A stretch of 35,113 nucleotides of DNA from Candidatus Bathyarchaeia archaeon (GTDB taxonomy: Archaea; Thermoproteota; Bathyarchaeia; Bathyarchaeales; Bathycorpusculaceae), in the NCBI GenBank assembly GCA_050012755.1, contig JBEKGO010000027.1:1-35113 (forward strand), written 5' to 3'. Shown piece after piece: positions 18,249 through 27,352 of this stretch. The translations under genes and the position numbers were made by a program. The notes below the pieces were generated by a model. That model saw nothing but the letters and a program-made list of their open reading frames with translations, did not search any database and was not told the origin of the DNA. The number at the start of each line of letters is the position of its first letter. Position 1 is the stretch's first letter.

Positions 18249-18516
18249 GAATGGTTTTGTCTGTCCCATTTCAATTTAAATCACACTTAGCAAGGAAAAA
18301 ATAGAAAGGAAGACTTTAGCGTCCCCAATGTGGGCGTGGTCTCGTTCTCATCTGCTCCTGTCAGGGAGGGATTAGTTAAGGATGAGTCTAAAAAAAGAAT
18401 TTTATTGTGAAAGAACAACTTTTATTAATTCTCAAAATTTTTTACTCGTCCTTATTGCAGTTGTTATTTGGTGAAGTTGTTTTTGGTTCTTCGTTAATGG
18501 GTTTTGAGGAATATGT

Positions 18517-18828
18517 TTGGGAAGCTATAGAGGTAAACTGGACATAATAGCTGACATTCTTAGTGTGGCCAATCGGAAACCTAAGAAAACTCAGATAATG
18601 TACCAGGCCAATTTGAGTTTTCGTTTATTGCAGAAGTACTTGGCTGAGATGAGCGGCGCGTCCTTAATTTGTTTCGAAAATGAAACTCAATGCTATGCAC
18701 TAACTTCGAAGGGCGAAGCGTTTCTAGAGGCTTACAGACAGTATTCAAAAACAAACAGGCAAGCTGAAAAAATCTCTTACGAAATTAACTCAAATAAGCA
18801 GGCCTTGGAAAAGTTAATCAATCAATAA
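18517..18828 (+). CDS. Archaeal winged helix-turn-helix regulator (HTH_45-like)
   Basis: YRGKLDIIADIL...KKTQIMYQANLS...YALTSKG. Confidence 0.9.
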   Translation: MGSYRGKLDIIADILSVANRKPKKTQIMYQANLSFRLLQKYLAEMSGASLICFENETQCYALTSKGEAFLEAYRQYSKTNRQAEKISYEINSNKQALEKLINQ

Positions 18829-18966
18829 TTCATCGAATTGCCTATCGTACGTTGGTTTTAGTAATGAAGGGCAGATGGTTGTGATTTTGAAAGCAATATA
18901 TCGAAATTGGGAATATCTTTAATATTAATACGAACTATAAGTGAAAATATTCGGAGATGTTAACTG

Positions 18967-19587
18967 TTGGTATTACAATCCAAAGTATTGATTGCAGTTG
19001 GAGCCCACCCTGACGATATTGAATTGGGTTGCGGAGGAACAATAAGTGCAGCTTCTGCAGTCGGAATAAAAGTAATTGCGGTCTATTTGACAAAAGGAGA
19101 AAGAAGCGGAAATTCCGAAGCAAGAATGTCTGAAAGCAAGAAAGCCCTATCAATTCTAGGCGTACAAGATGTTTTTTTTGGGAATTTCCACGATACTGAA
19201 ATTCCCGATTCGCACCAAACAATCAAATTCTTAGAGGACATTTACGATAAATTTAAACCAGAAACCGTTTTGACTCATACAACCAATGATACTCATCAAG
19301 ACCATCGCCAAACCGCTTGGGCATCAATATCTGCATTTAGAAATGCATCCAGGTTTCTCGCTTTTGAGACACCAAGAGTCACTGGCCACTTCAATCCAAA
19401 TTATTTTGTAGATATCTCCGATTACGTTCAATTTAAGTGGCAAGCGTTAAAATGTCACGAAACGCAAAAAACCAAAAGATACCTTGCTTATGAATCGATG
19501 GTCAATTTGGCATCTTTCCGAGGAAGCCAGGTAGGTCTTCGAGCTGCTGAAGCTTTTGAAGTAATAAGATTTATAGAAAAGATTTAG
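18967..19587 (+). CDS. PIG-L/LmbE family deacetylase
   Basis: GAHPDDIELGCGGT, TKGE, DTHQDH, CHETQ, AEAF. Confidence 0.93.
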   Translation: MVLQSKVLIAVGAHPDDIELGCGGTISAASAVGIKVIAVYLTKGERSGNSEARMSESKKALSILGVQDVFFGNFHDTEIPDSHQTIKFLEDIYDKFKPETVLTHTTNDTHQDHRQTAWASISAFRNASRFLAFETPRVTGHFNPNYFVDISDYVQFKWQALKCHETQKTKRYLAYESMVNLASFRGSQVGLRAAEAFEVIRFIEKI

Positions 19588-19607
19588 CAAGTTTACAGTG
19601 AATATAG

Positions 19608-20276
19608 TTGATTGTTGCGGGTCATCAGCCAAACTACTTGCCTTGGCTTGGATTTTTTGATAAGATGCGTGGGTGTGATTTATTTATTGTAGAAGATTCG
19701 GTTTTTCTGGAAACGAAAGGATTCACGGCTAGAAACAAAATTAAGGGCAGTCAAGGTAACTTTTGGCTAACCGTTCCAACTGAACATGTTGGTTGGCAGG
19801 TACCAATAAATGAAGTAAGAATCGCTTGCAAAGGAAAGTCAGATTGGTCAAAGCAGCATTACTTATCCATGAAATATAGTTACTGTAAGGCTCCTTATTG
19901 GAAAGATTATCAAGATTTCTTTGAGCAGTCGTACAAACTGGAATGGATTAAGTTTGTGGAATTGAGCATGCACTTTATCACTGCAATAAAACGTTTTCTT
20001 AACATTAAGACACCAATAGTGATGGCTTCATCTTTAGCAGCTTCAGGCACGAAAAGTGATCTCATAATAGCCCAATGTAAGGAAGTTGGAGCAACAACGT
20101 ATCTTTCAGGAATAGGTGCAAAAGATTATCTCGAAGTGGGGAAGTTTGAAGAGCAAGGAATAGACGTTGTTTTTCAGAGTTTTGAACATCCGGTTTATCA
20201 GCAACTTTATGGAGAATTCGTTCCAAATCTTTCGGTGGTAGACTACCTTTTTAACACTGGCGGAAAATCCTGGTAA
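19608..20276 (+). CDS. WbqC family protein
   Basis: HQPNYLPWLGFFDK, RNKI, WLTVP, YLSG, YQQLYGEFVPNLSVVDYLFN. Confidence 0.93.
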   Translation: MIVAGHQPNYLPWLGFFDKMRGCDLFIVEDSVFLETKGFTARNKIKGSQGNFWLTVPTEHVGWQVPINEVRIACKGKSDWSKQHYLSMKYSYCKAPYWKDYQDFFEQSYKLEWIKFVELSMHFITAIKRFLNIKTPIVMASSLAASGTKSDLIIAQCKEVGATTYLSGIGAKDYLEVGKFEEQGIDVVFQSFEHPVYQQLYGEFVPNLSVVDYLFNTGGKSW

Positions 20277-20431
20277 GATAAGAATCATATCAAGATAACT
20301 TGATTATCTACGCACGTTGAAAAACATTTGATTAGCAAAAGGACGCTGTAACTTGAATATGATAATTGTTTAGGATTTGGCCAGATAATTCTAGTTTGAA
20401 CAAGTATTTCAAAATATGTGCTGGAGGATGA

Positions 20432-21574
20432 TTGTTGTTGAAGTATCGCTCTTCTTTTCCATATTTTAGTGAAGACAGTATTCGTGTAGTTTTAGCTGAT
20501 ATTGAAGCGTCATTAAGAAATGGAATAATGACAAATGGACCTCGAGTTCAAGAGTTTGAAGAAAAATTCCGTGAATATGCCAAGGTAAAACATGCTGTTG
20601 CTGTGAGTTCGGGAGCTTCCAGTCTTGAAATACCTCTTCGATATTTCGGGGTTAAGGATCGAGAAGTCATAGTTCCAACCGATACTTTTGTAGCTACACC
20701 AAATTCTGTCGTGTTTGCTGGAGGTCGACCTGTTTTTGCAGATATTAGAGAAGACACTCTTTGTTTAGACCCTGAGGATGTGAAGCGTCGAATTTCATCA
20801 AAAACAGCTGGAATTATTGTAGTACATATAGCTGGTCTGATTTGTCCGCAAATTAATGAACTTAGGGATTTGTGTGCCGATCGAGGGCTTTTCCTGATTG
20901 AAGATTGCGCCCACGCTCATGGAGCTGCAATTGATAATAAAATGGCTGGTACCTTGGGCGATGTGGGTTGCTTTTCTATGGCGCCCACAAAAGTAATGAC
21001 CACGGGTGAGGGTGGAATTATGATAACAAACAATGACGAAATGGCTAAGATCGCTCGTTTCATGCGAAACCGTGGTTTGAACTCTGAACGTTTGATGACT
21101 CTGCTTGGACATAGTTGGACTATGAGTGAAATAACAGCAATACTTGGCATACACCAATTAGAAAATTTGGATTATTTCGTTCGGAGAAGAAACGAAATAG
21201 CAAAACAATATGAAAGTTTAATAACCAAAATCTCTGGATTATCTCTGCTGCAAACGCCTTCAAATATACTGCATAGCTATCACAAGTTTCCAGTTAGGCT
21301 TGCCGACGAATTTGACCTTGAAAAAATTGCTGCAGAACTTATGGAGAAGTACTCTGTTGAGACAGGAACCGTATATTATCCTCCATGCCACATGCATCCA
21401 TTCTATCGAGCAAATTTCGGGACTAAGGAAGGTGACTTTCCGATCTCTGAAAGCGTTCTGAAAAAGACTTTATGCTTGCCCATTCATTTGTTGATGACAA
21501 AAGAGGATGTTCAATACATTACAGAGTCCTTGGTAGCTTGTTTAGACAATCCCAAAAATAAACAATTCCTTTGA
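20432..21574 (+). CDS. DegT/DnrJ/EryC1/StrS PLP-dependent sugar aminotransferase
   Basis: GPRVQEFE, IEDCAHAHG, FSMAPTKVMTTGEGG (PLP lysine), LCLPIH. Confidence 0.93.
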   Translation: MLLKYRSSFPYFSEDSIRVVLADIEASLRNGIMTNGPRVQEFEEKFREYAKVKHAVAVSSGASSLEIPLRYFGVKDREVIVPTDTFVATPNSVVFAGGRPVFADIREDTLCLDPEDVKRRISSKTAGIIVVHIAGLICPQINELRDLCADRGLFLIEDCAHAHGAAIDNKMAGTLGDVGCFSMAPTKVMTTGEGGIMITNNDEMAKIARFMRNRGLNSERLMTLLGHSWTMSEITAILGIHQLENLDYFVRRRNEIAKQYESLITKISGLSLLQTPSNILHSYHKFPVRLADEFDLEKIAAELMEKYSVETGTVYYPPCHMHPFYRANFGTKEGDFPISESVLKKTLCLPIHLLMTKEDVQYITESLVACLDNPKNKQFL

Positions 21575-21609
21575 TATAGACTGTTCTGGTTTTTCTGGGT
21601 TGATTTTTC

Positions 21610-21867
21610 TTGCAATTATTTGATCATCTTTTCAATCGTTTGATTTTAATGCGACATCATGTTGAATACAAAATATTCCCAAAAATCAACGGACGCATCA
21701 TGATCACAGGCAATGGCAAAATCAGATTAGGCCGCAATGTAGAATTCAACTCCAGTTTTAAATCCAACACAGTTGGAGGCTTTCGATCAGTCTTAGAGAC
21801 CAGGACCAAGGACGCATCGAGATCGACGATGACACTTTTTATTGGAAAACATTCAAAAATTCTTTAG
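21610..21867 (+). pseudogene. Hexapeptide-repeat acyltransferase remnant
   Basis: INGRIMITGNGKIRLGRNVEFNS resembles the N-terminal coils of a left-handed beta-helix. An alternate-frame IEIDDD plus in-frame FIGKHSKIL resembles a C-terminal coil joined by deletion and frameshift. Stops early. Confidence 0.55.
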
Positions 21868-21970
21868 CACCCACAAAAAATAAACAGCGACCCGCGGCTC
21901 TTAAGCAACTATGCCTAAATCTCAACTCAACAATAGTGCGAAGTAACACCTGACTTGGAGGCAGCAACAA

Positions 21971-22477
21971 ATTAGACACTACTTCAAACTTATAACTGTT
22001 GCAATATTAGTCTTTTTGGCCTTTGGCTCTTGCCTTTACACTGAACCCTGTGTTTTTGCCCAAACTGACCAAACAGCGTCGAAACTGCAAGCAGCCAACA
22101 CCGCCGTCGAGCAGGCTTTCAAAGCTGTCTTGGACACTGAGAAAGCAGGCGCAAACGTTACTGATCTGCGGGTTCAGTTAAATAATGCTGAAGGTATCTT
22201 GGCTCAAGCGGAAAACTCATACCGAACCGGAGACTTAACGACAGCCGCAACCAAAGCGGACAACGTCATTCCAATCGCACAACAAGTCAAAACTTCCGCT
22301 CAAGAAGCCAAACAAAATGCTTTGGTTTCTAGTCTAAATGCCTTATTTACCACCATAGTGTTCACAGTGGATGGTATTTTCGTATTCCTTTTGATTTTGT
22401 TTCTTGTCTGGCGCTGGTTCAAGCGGAGGTACATTAGAAGTTTATCTGAAGCAAAACCTGAGGTGAAAAGCCCATGA
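21971..22477 (+). CDS. Secreted, C-terminally anchored helical membrane protein
   Basis: The in-frame extension from the ATT at 21971 gives a signal peptide (I)RHYFKLITVAILVFLAFGS, with a GGAGG SD 9 nt upstream. Ala-rich helical body and a C-terminal TM followed by KRR. ATGA overlap with the next gene. The ORF track start is 22016. Confidence 0.75.
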   Translation: MRHYFKLITVAILVFLAFGSCLYTEPCVFAQTDQTASKLQAANTAVEQAFKAVLDTEKAGANVTDLRVQLNNAEGILAQAENSYRTGDLTTAATKADNVIPIAQQVKTSAQEAKQNALVSSLNALFTTIVFTVDGIFVFLLILFLVWRWFKRRYIRSLSEAKPEVKSP

Positions 22478-23076
22478 AACTTGAAGGTTACAAACTCATT
22501 TTTGTTGCTGTGGGCTTAATCGGCGTTTTACTTATTGCAACTCCGCTACTCTCTCGTGCCATCCCCAGTCTTCCTAACAATGCACAGTTCTCTGAGCTTT
22601 ATCTTTTAGGGCCAAATCAGAAAGCTGAAAATTATCCCTCTAACATTGCTGTCGGCCAGAACTACTCTGTTTATTTGGGTGTGGGAAATCAATTGGGGTC
22701 TTCGGCCTATTATGTTTTATATGTGAAGTTTGGTAATGAGACTGATCCATTGCCGAACGCGACTCTTGGGATACCGAGTTCTCTTCCGCCCCTATATGAA
22801 TATAGGTTTTCCATTCAAAATGGGGTGAATTGGGGAAGTTTCTTAAATTTTTCAGTTTCTAGCTCTTCGATCTCAGGAAATAATTCACGGATCAACATTC
22901 TGCAAGTAAACGGTATTGAGTTTAAAGTAGATAAGCCTGCTATGTGGAATCCAAGCAGTGCTACATTCACGTATCGATTTTTGTTTGAGCTATGGACTTA
23001 CAATATGCAGACGGACTCTGTTGAGTTTAACAATCGCTACGTAAACCTTCAACTTAACCTAACGAAAACCACATAA
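22474..23076 (+). CDS. DUF1616 domain-containing membrane-anchored protein
   Basis: N-terminal TM, FSELYLLGP...AENYP, VGNQLG...Y, LFELW. Confidence 0.8.
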   Translation: MKLEGYKLIFVAVGLIGVLLIATPLLSRAIPSLPNNAQFSELYLLGPNQKAENYPSNIAVGQNYSVYLGVGNQLGSSAYYVLYVKFGNETDPLPNATLGIPSSLPPLYEYRFSIQNGVNWGSFLNFSVSSSSISGNNSRINILQVNGIEFKVDKPAMWNPSSATFTYRFLFELWTYNMQTDSVEFNNRYVNLQLNLTKTT

Positions 23077-23121
23077 TCTTGTTCTCAGTATATATCATGA
23101 GTCACTTGCTCATGATAATGT

Positions 23122-24402
23122 GTGGAGAAAGAAGAGGTTCAAGCTATGGTAGAGACCAAAGTAAGCAAAATAGCTGGCAAAGCGTATGTGGTTTGCAGTG
23201 GTTGCCCTGAAAACCGCATGGATGCAGCGCGAGCAGAAAAATACTTGGTTAAGAATGGGTGGCGGATTAGCAAAAACTGGCAAGATGCAGATTTAATATT
23301 ATTCAACGCTTGCGGCCGTTCACAATCGGCAGCGAGATACTCTTTGAAAGCAATTAAGGAAATTCAAAGCCAAAAAAGAGAGAATCAGCAGCTCATTGTT
23401 TGGGGATGCCTTCCGAAGATAGACCCCGAAGCCCTGAAAAAAGAGTATGACGGCATAGTCTCTCCAGGGTCAGAGCTTCCGGAGCTCCCACAAATGATTA
23501 ACACTTCTGACGCGGTTAACAATACAACCGCGAACAACCTCGGTGCGATGTGGTCGTTGAACAAAAAGGATAGACAGGAATTTTTCCGTTTCCGTGGATC
23601 TTTTGTCAGGCAAATTTACAAGAGACCCGCTCTGCGCTGGGAAAGCTACCTTGATTCGCGGTTTAATCTCGTCCGAGATAAAGACTCGTCAATCTTCTAC
23701 ATAAAAATATCGTCGGGGTGCCAAAGTAACTGTGCCTACTGTGGAATACGAAAATCTAGAGGATTAACTAAAAGCAAACCTGTGAATCAGGTAGTGGCGG
23801 AGTTCCAGCAGGGATTGCAGAAGGGTTTCAAGAACTTTAGCTTGATGGGAACCGACTTGGGTTCTTACGGTGTAGATTTCGGAAGCAACCTTGTGGATTT
23901 GCTAAAAGAACTTACCAGCCAAAAAGGCGACTTCAAGATAAGTTTGAGAAACTTTAACCCCTACCACATGAAGAATATGCTCGACGGATTCGTTTCAGTT
24001 CTGAAATCAAACAAAATTCATTATGTCGAAGTGGCGGCCGAGTCTGGAAGCAACAGGATACTGCGGCTTATGAACCGCAACTACACGGTAGACGAATTCA
24101 AAATGCTGATAAGCGCTTTGCGCAAAACTTGTCCTCAAATAATCATTCGAACACAACTAATTGTGGGGTTCCCGACGGAAACGGAACAAGAATTCCAAGA
24201 AACCATGCGACTTCTCGATAGCGTCGTTTTTGATTTCGTTGAAGTTTACCAGTATTCAGCGCGACCAGGAACACTTGCAGAGAAAATTAAGCCTGAAGTT
24301 TCCGATGACACAAAGCGGGAGAGATATCTACGTTTATGCAAGAAAGCGTTGCTAAACCATACGTCCAGAAAAATCAAAAACATTCTTCTGAAAAAAACGT
24401 GA
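23122..24402 (+). CDS. MiaB/RimO-like radical SAM protein (UPF0004 + radical SAM, no TRAM domain)
   Basis: Three UPF0004 cysteines (SGCPEN, FNACG, WGCLP), CxxxCxxC (CQSNCAYC), ESGSNRILRLMNR, IVGFPTETE, YSARPGT. Ends without a TRAM domain. Confidence 0.9.
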   Translation: MEKEEVQAMVETKVSKIAGKAYVVCSGCPENRMDAARAEKYLVKNGWRISKNWQDADLILFNACGRSQSAARYSLKAIKEIQSQKRENQQLIVWGCLPKIDPEALKKEYDGIVSPGSELPELPQMINTSDAVNNTTANNLGAMWSLNKKDRQEFFRFRGSFVRQIYKRPALRWESYLDSRFNLVRDKDSSIFYIKISSGCQSNCAYCGIRKSRGLTKSKPVNQVVAEFQQGLQKGFKNFSLMGTDLGSYGVDFGSNLVDLLKELTSQKGDFKISLRNFNPYHMKNMLDGFVSVLKSNKIHYVEVAAESGSNRILRLMNRNYTVDEFKMLISALRKTCPQIIIRTQLIVGFPTETEQEFQETMRLLDSVVFDFVEVYQYSARPGTLAEKIKPEVSDDTKRERYLRLCKKALLNHTSRKIKNILLKKT

Positions 24403-24461
24403 AACATCAAAAGGATCTTATCAGTTAATAACATTGGACAAAAGGGGAAATGCCTAGTTAG

Positions 24462-24793
24462 TCCCTACCGAATTTGACTCTCTTGAGACACCGAGTTCTC
24501 TTCAGAACTTGTATGAACACAGATTTTCCATTCAAAATGGGGTGAATTGGGGAAGTTTCTTAAATTTTTCAGTTTCTAGCTCTTCGATCTCAGGAAATAA
24601 TTTACAGATCAACACTTTACAAATGAACAGTATTACGTTTAATGTAGATAAACCGGCCATGTGGGATTCGCTTAACTCTGCGTTCACACATTAACTTTTG
24701 TTTGAATTATGAATTTACGATGGGCGGACGGGATCTGTTTAGTTTAACAATCGTTACGTAAATCTTCAACTTAACTTAAACCAAACTACCTAG
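24462..24793 (+). pseudogene. Decayed copy of the 3' half of the DUF1616 gene
   Basis: Aligns codon by codon with about 22748-23076. In-frame stops TAA 24692, TGA 24710 and TAG 24740; the 5' half is missing. Confidence 0.88.
24524..24602 (+). repeat. 79-bp exact direct repeat of 22807-22885
   Basis: TTTTCCATTCAAAATGGGG...CAGGAAATAATT is identical in both copies. Confidence 0.92.
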
Positions 24794-25025
24794 TTCTGTT
24801 TTTAATATTATTATGAACATGTATCTTGAGAATAGGCATATTCTAATTTTGAATATATTGTTTATTTGAAACAAGGTTAATTAAGAAACTGAACTACTTT
24901 TGATTCAAACCATCGATAAAATATTGGAAACGGATGGGCGAGAAGAAACTGAAAAAACTTTATGCAACTGGAGGCAATCAGTATTTCCAGAAAAGAAGGT
25001 TTTCCAACTTAAGGTGAGAAAAAGT

Positions 25026-26081
25026 ATGTGGAAAAATAAGAAAGTGCTAGTAACAGGAGGGGCTTCTTTCATAGGAAGCCACCTTGTTGACACACTTCTC
25101 AGGACCGGCGCCATAGTCACCGTTGCAGATGACCTTTCCAGTGGAAAGCTTGAAAACTTGGAATATCCCCTCAAAAAAGGACAAGCAGCGAACCAATGGG
25201 TTTCTAAAGACCTAACCGTTTGGGTAGGCGACCTTAAGGATATATCCTTCACAAAATCAGTTATGAGAGATCAGGACGTCGCTTTTCACTTGGCTGCGCT
25301 CCACGGCGGAAGAGGCTACATAGACTCGCATCCCGCACAGTGCTGCTCAAACATGATACTGGATCAATTGGTTTTCCAAGAAGCTTGGAAAGCGGGGGTG
25401 GGTCGAGTGTGTTTTGCTAGTTCTGCATGCGTTTATCCATCTTATCTGCAGGAGGCAACAGGCTCGTCTTATCTGTTAAAGGAAGCAGATGCGAATCCTT
25501 TTGTCAGAGACAAAGCTTTTGCTGACCTTGAATACGGCTGGGCAAAACTGATGGGTGAAATGGCGCTATCCGCATACCACAGGCAATATGGCATGAAAAC
25601 CGCGGCCGTACGAATCTTCACCGCTTACGGTCCCAGAGAAAATGAAACACACGCAATCGTTGCCTTAATCGCAAAAACCTTCATTAACATGGATCCTTAC
25701 GTAATTTGGGGAACTGGTAATCAAGACAGAAACTTTACCTATGTTCAAGATATAGTGGATGGACTAATACTTGCTTCAGAAAAAATCGAGGATGGATCAC
25801 CACTTAACGCTGGAAGAGACGACCGATTAACCCTAAATGAAGCTGCTGAAATGGTGTTTGATATATCAAAATGGAGACCCAAAAAGATATACCACGATAT
25901 ATCAAAGCCTCAAGGTGTCGCTTCAAGAGCCACTGACCTGACACGTGCACGCACACAATTCAACTGGGAACCAAAAGTTGATTATGCTGAAGGTTTTAGA
26001 AAAACTATCGAATGGTATTTCAAAAACAAAGACAAAGCCACTGTAAAAGCCAACTTAGAACGTTTGCTCAACGAGCGATAA
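25026..26081 (+). CDS. NAD-dependent epimerase/dehydratase (GDP-mannose 3,5-epimerase-like extended SDR)
   Basis: VLVTGGASFIGSHL, FHLAA..GG.GYI, SSACVYP, YGWAK. ATG at 25026 with a GGTGA SD; the ORF track start is 24900. Confidence 0.92.
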   Translation: MWKNKKVLVTGGASFIGSHLVDTLLRTGAIVTVADDLSSGKLENLEYPLKKGQAANQWVSKDLTVWVGDLKDISFTKSVMRDQDVAFHLAALHGGRGYIDSHPAQCCSNMILDQLVFQEAWKAGVGRVCFASSACVYPSYLQEATGSSYLLKEADANPFVRDKAFADLEYGWAKLMGEMALSAYHRQYGMKTAAVRIFTAYGPRENETHAIVALIAKTFINMDPYVIWGTGNQDRNFTYVQDIVDGLILASEKIEDGSPLNAGRDDRLTLNEAAEMVFDISKWRPKKIYHDISKPQGVASRATDLTRARTQFNWEPKVDYAEGFRKTIEWYFKNKDKATVKANLERLLNER

Positions 26082-26118
26082 TCTAAACCTCTTTTCCCTC
26101 TTTTACATTTTTATCAAT

Positions 26119-27291
26119 TTGTTTAAGGTGATTTTAACGTCAATTCTTGAAACAATAGTATTTTCATTGGTTTTTTCTTTCATCGGTTTCTATTTTACAT
26201 ATTTCTTAATTTGCCTGAGGTATTCAAGACTGCCTATTCGTTCTAAGCCTTATTCTTTTAGTCATGATCAATTGCCAATTGTTTCTTTTGTGGTACCCGT
26301 TTATAATGAAAACAAAATGATTGAATCTCGAATAAGCAACTTCAATCAGATTGATTATCCCGCTGGAAAATTAGAAGTTGTTATAGTAGATGGTGGCTCA
26401 AAAGACGGAACTGTTGAGGCATTAGAAAAATTCGGTAAAAACGTTAATTTTAAGCTAAAAGTCGTCAGGCAAGGTGCCAGGAAAGGGTTCAACTCAGCTG
26501 TAGTCGATGGATTTTACCAGACAACAGGAGACATAATTTTTATTACTGGAGCTGAAACCCAGTACGCTTCAAGCGCTGTGAAATTGCTTGTTAATCACTT
26601 CGCCGATCCAGAAGTTGGGGCAGTTAATGGTACAATGCGACTTAACAACGGGGCAATCGGGGCATCAACTAAGATAGAAACAGCCTACAGGACTTTTTAT
26701 GATTTCCTTAGATCTGCTGAAAGTAGAATGGATACGCCATTTGACATTAAGGGCGAAATTGCAGCCGCTAGACGAAGTGTTTGTCAGAAACTGGTTGAGA
26801 AGCCTGAAATGATGAAAAAAGGGTGCATTGACGCTTGTTTTTCTTTCCAGGCCAAAGTTGATGGTTTAAGAACAGTTTATGACTCTGCTGCTGTTTATTC
26901 AGAATCAGCACCGAAGAGTTTGCGCGAATCATTTAAGCAGCAGATTAGAAGAGCAGCAACTTTGATTCAGAACCTGCTTCTCTTCAAGAATATAATGTTT
27001 AGATCGAAGTATGATTTGTTTGGTCTGCTAATAATGCCTGTTCACTTTATGATGTTAATAATTCTGCCATACCTTTTCTTGTTTTCAATTGTAGGACTTG
27101 TTATTCTCATAGCTATTAATCCATTAAATCTTATTGCAATTAGTTTGATCGCCACAGGCATATTCGGATTGGCTTTTTCACAGGGGATTCGTGCCTTTTT
27201 CAAAGTTCAGATAGCTTTAGTAATATCTTCCTTCAAGATGGTGACGGGTGTTGAAACCCAGAAATTTGAGAGACTCCTTTCAGCCAGATAA
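26119..27291 (+). CDS. Membrane glycosyltransferase family 2 (CESA-like)
   Basis: N-terminal TM, VSFVVPVYNE, VDGGSKDGT, FADPEVGAV, QQIRR, C-terminal TMs. Confidence 0.88.
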   Translation: MFKVILTSILETIVFSLVFSFIGFYFTYFLICLRYSRLPIRSKPYSFSHDQLPIVSFVVPVYNENKMIESRISNFNQIDYPAGKLEVVIVDGGSKDGTVEALEKFGKNVNFKLKVVRQGARKGFNSAVVDGFYQTTGDIIFITGAETQYASSAVKLLVNHFADPEVGAVNGTMRLNNGAIGASTKIETAYRTFYDFLRSAESRMDTPFDIKGEIAAARRSVCQKLVEKPEMMKKGCIDACFSFQAKVDGLRTVYDSAAVYSESAPKSLRESFKQQIRRAATLIQNLLLFKNIMFRSKYDLFGLLIMPVHFMMLIILPYLFLFSIVGLVILIAINPLNLIAISLIATGIFGLAFSQGIRAFFKVQIALVISSFKMVTGVETQKFERLLSAR

Positions 27292-27352
27292 ATAGGATTT
27301 GTAAAAAATGAACGAAAACATCACAGTCTTCAATGACAATGTCTAAAAACTA

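Noticed and set aside
22807-24602. Diversity-generating retroelement TR/VR pair
   Set aside because: No reverse transcriptase in the window, and the differences between the copies are not adenine-specific.
24692-24742. Stop-codon recoding in the second DUF1616 copy
   Set aside because: All three stop types occur and the 5' half of the gene is missing, so this is ordinary pseudogenisation.
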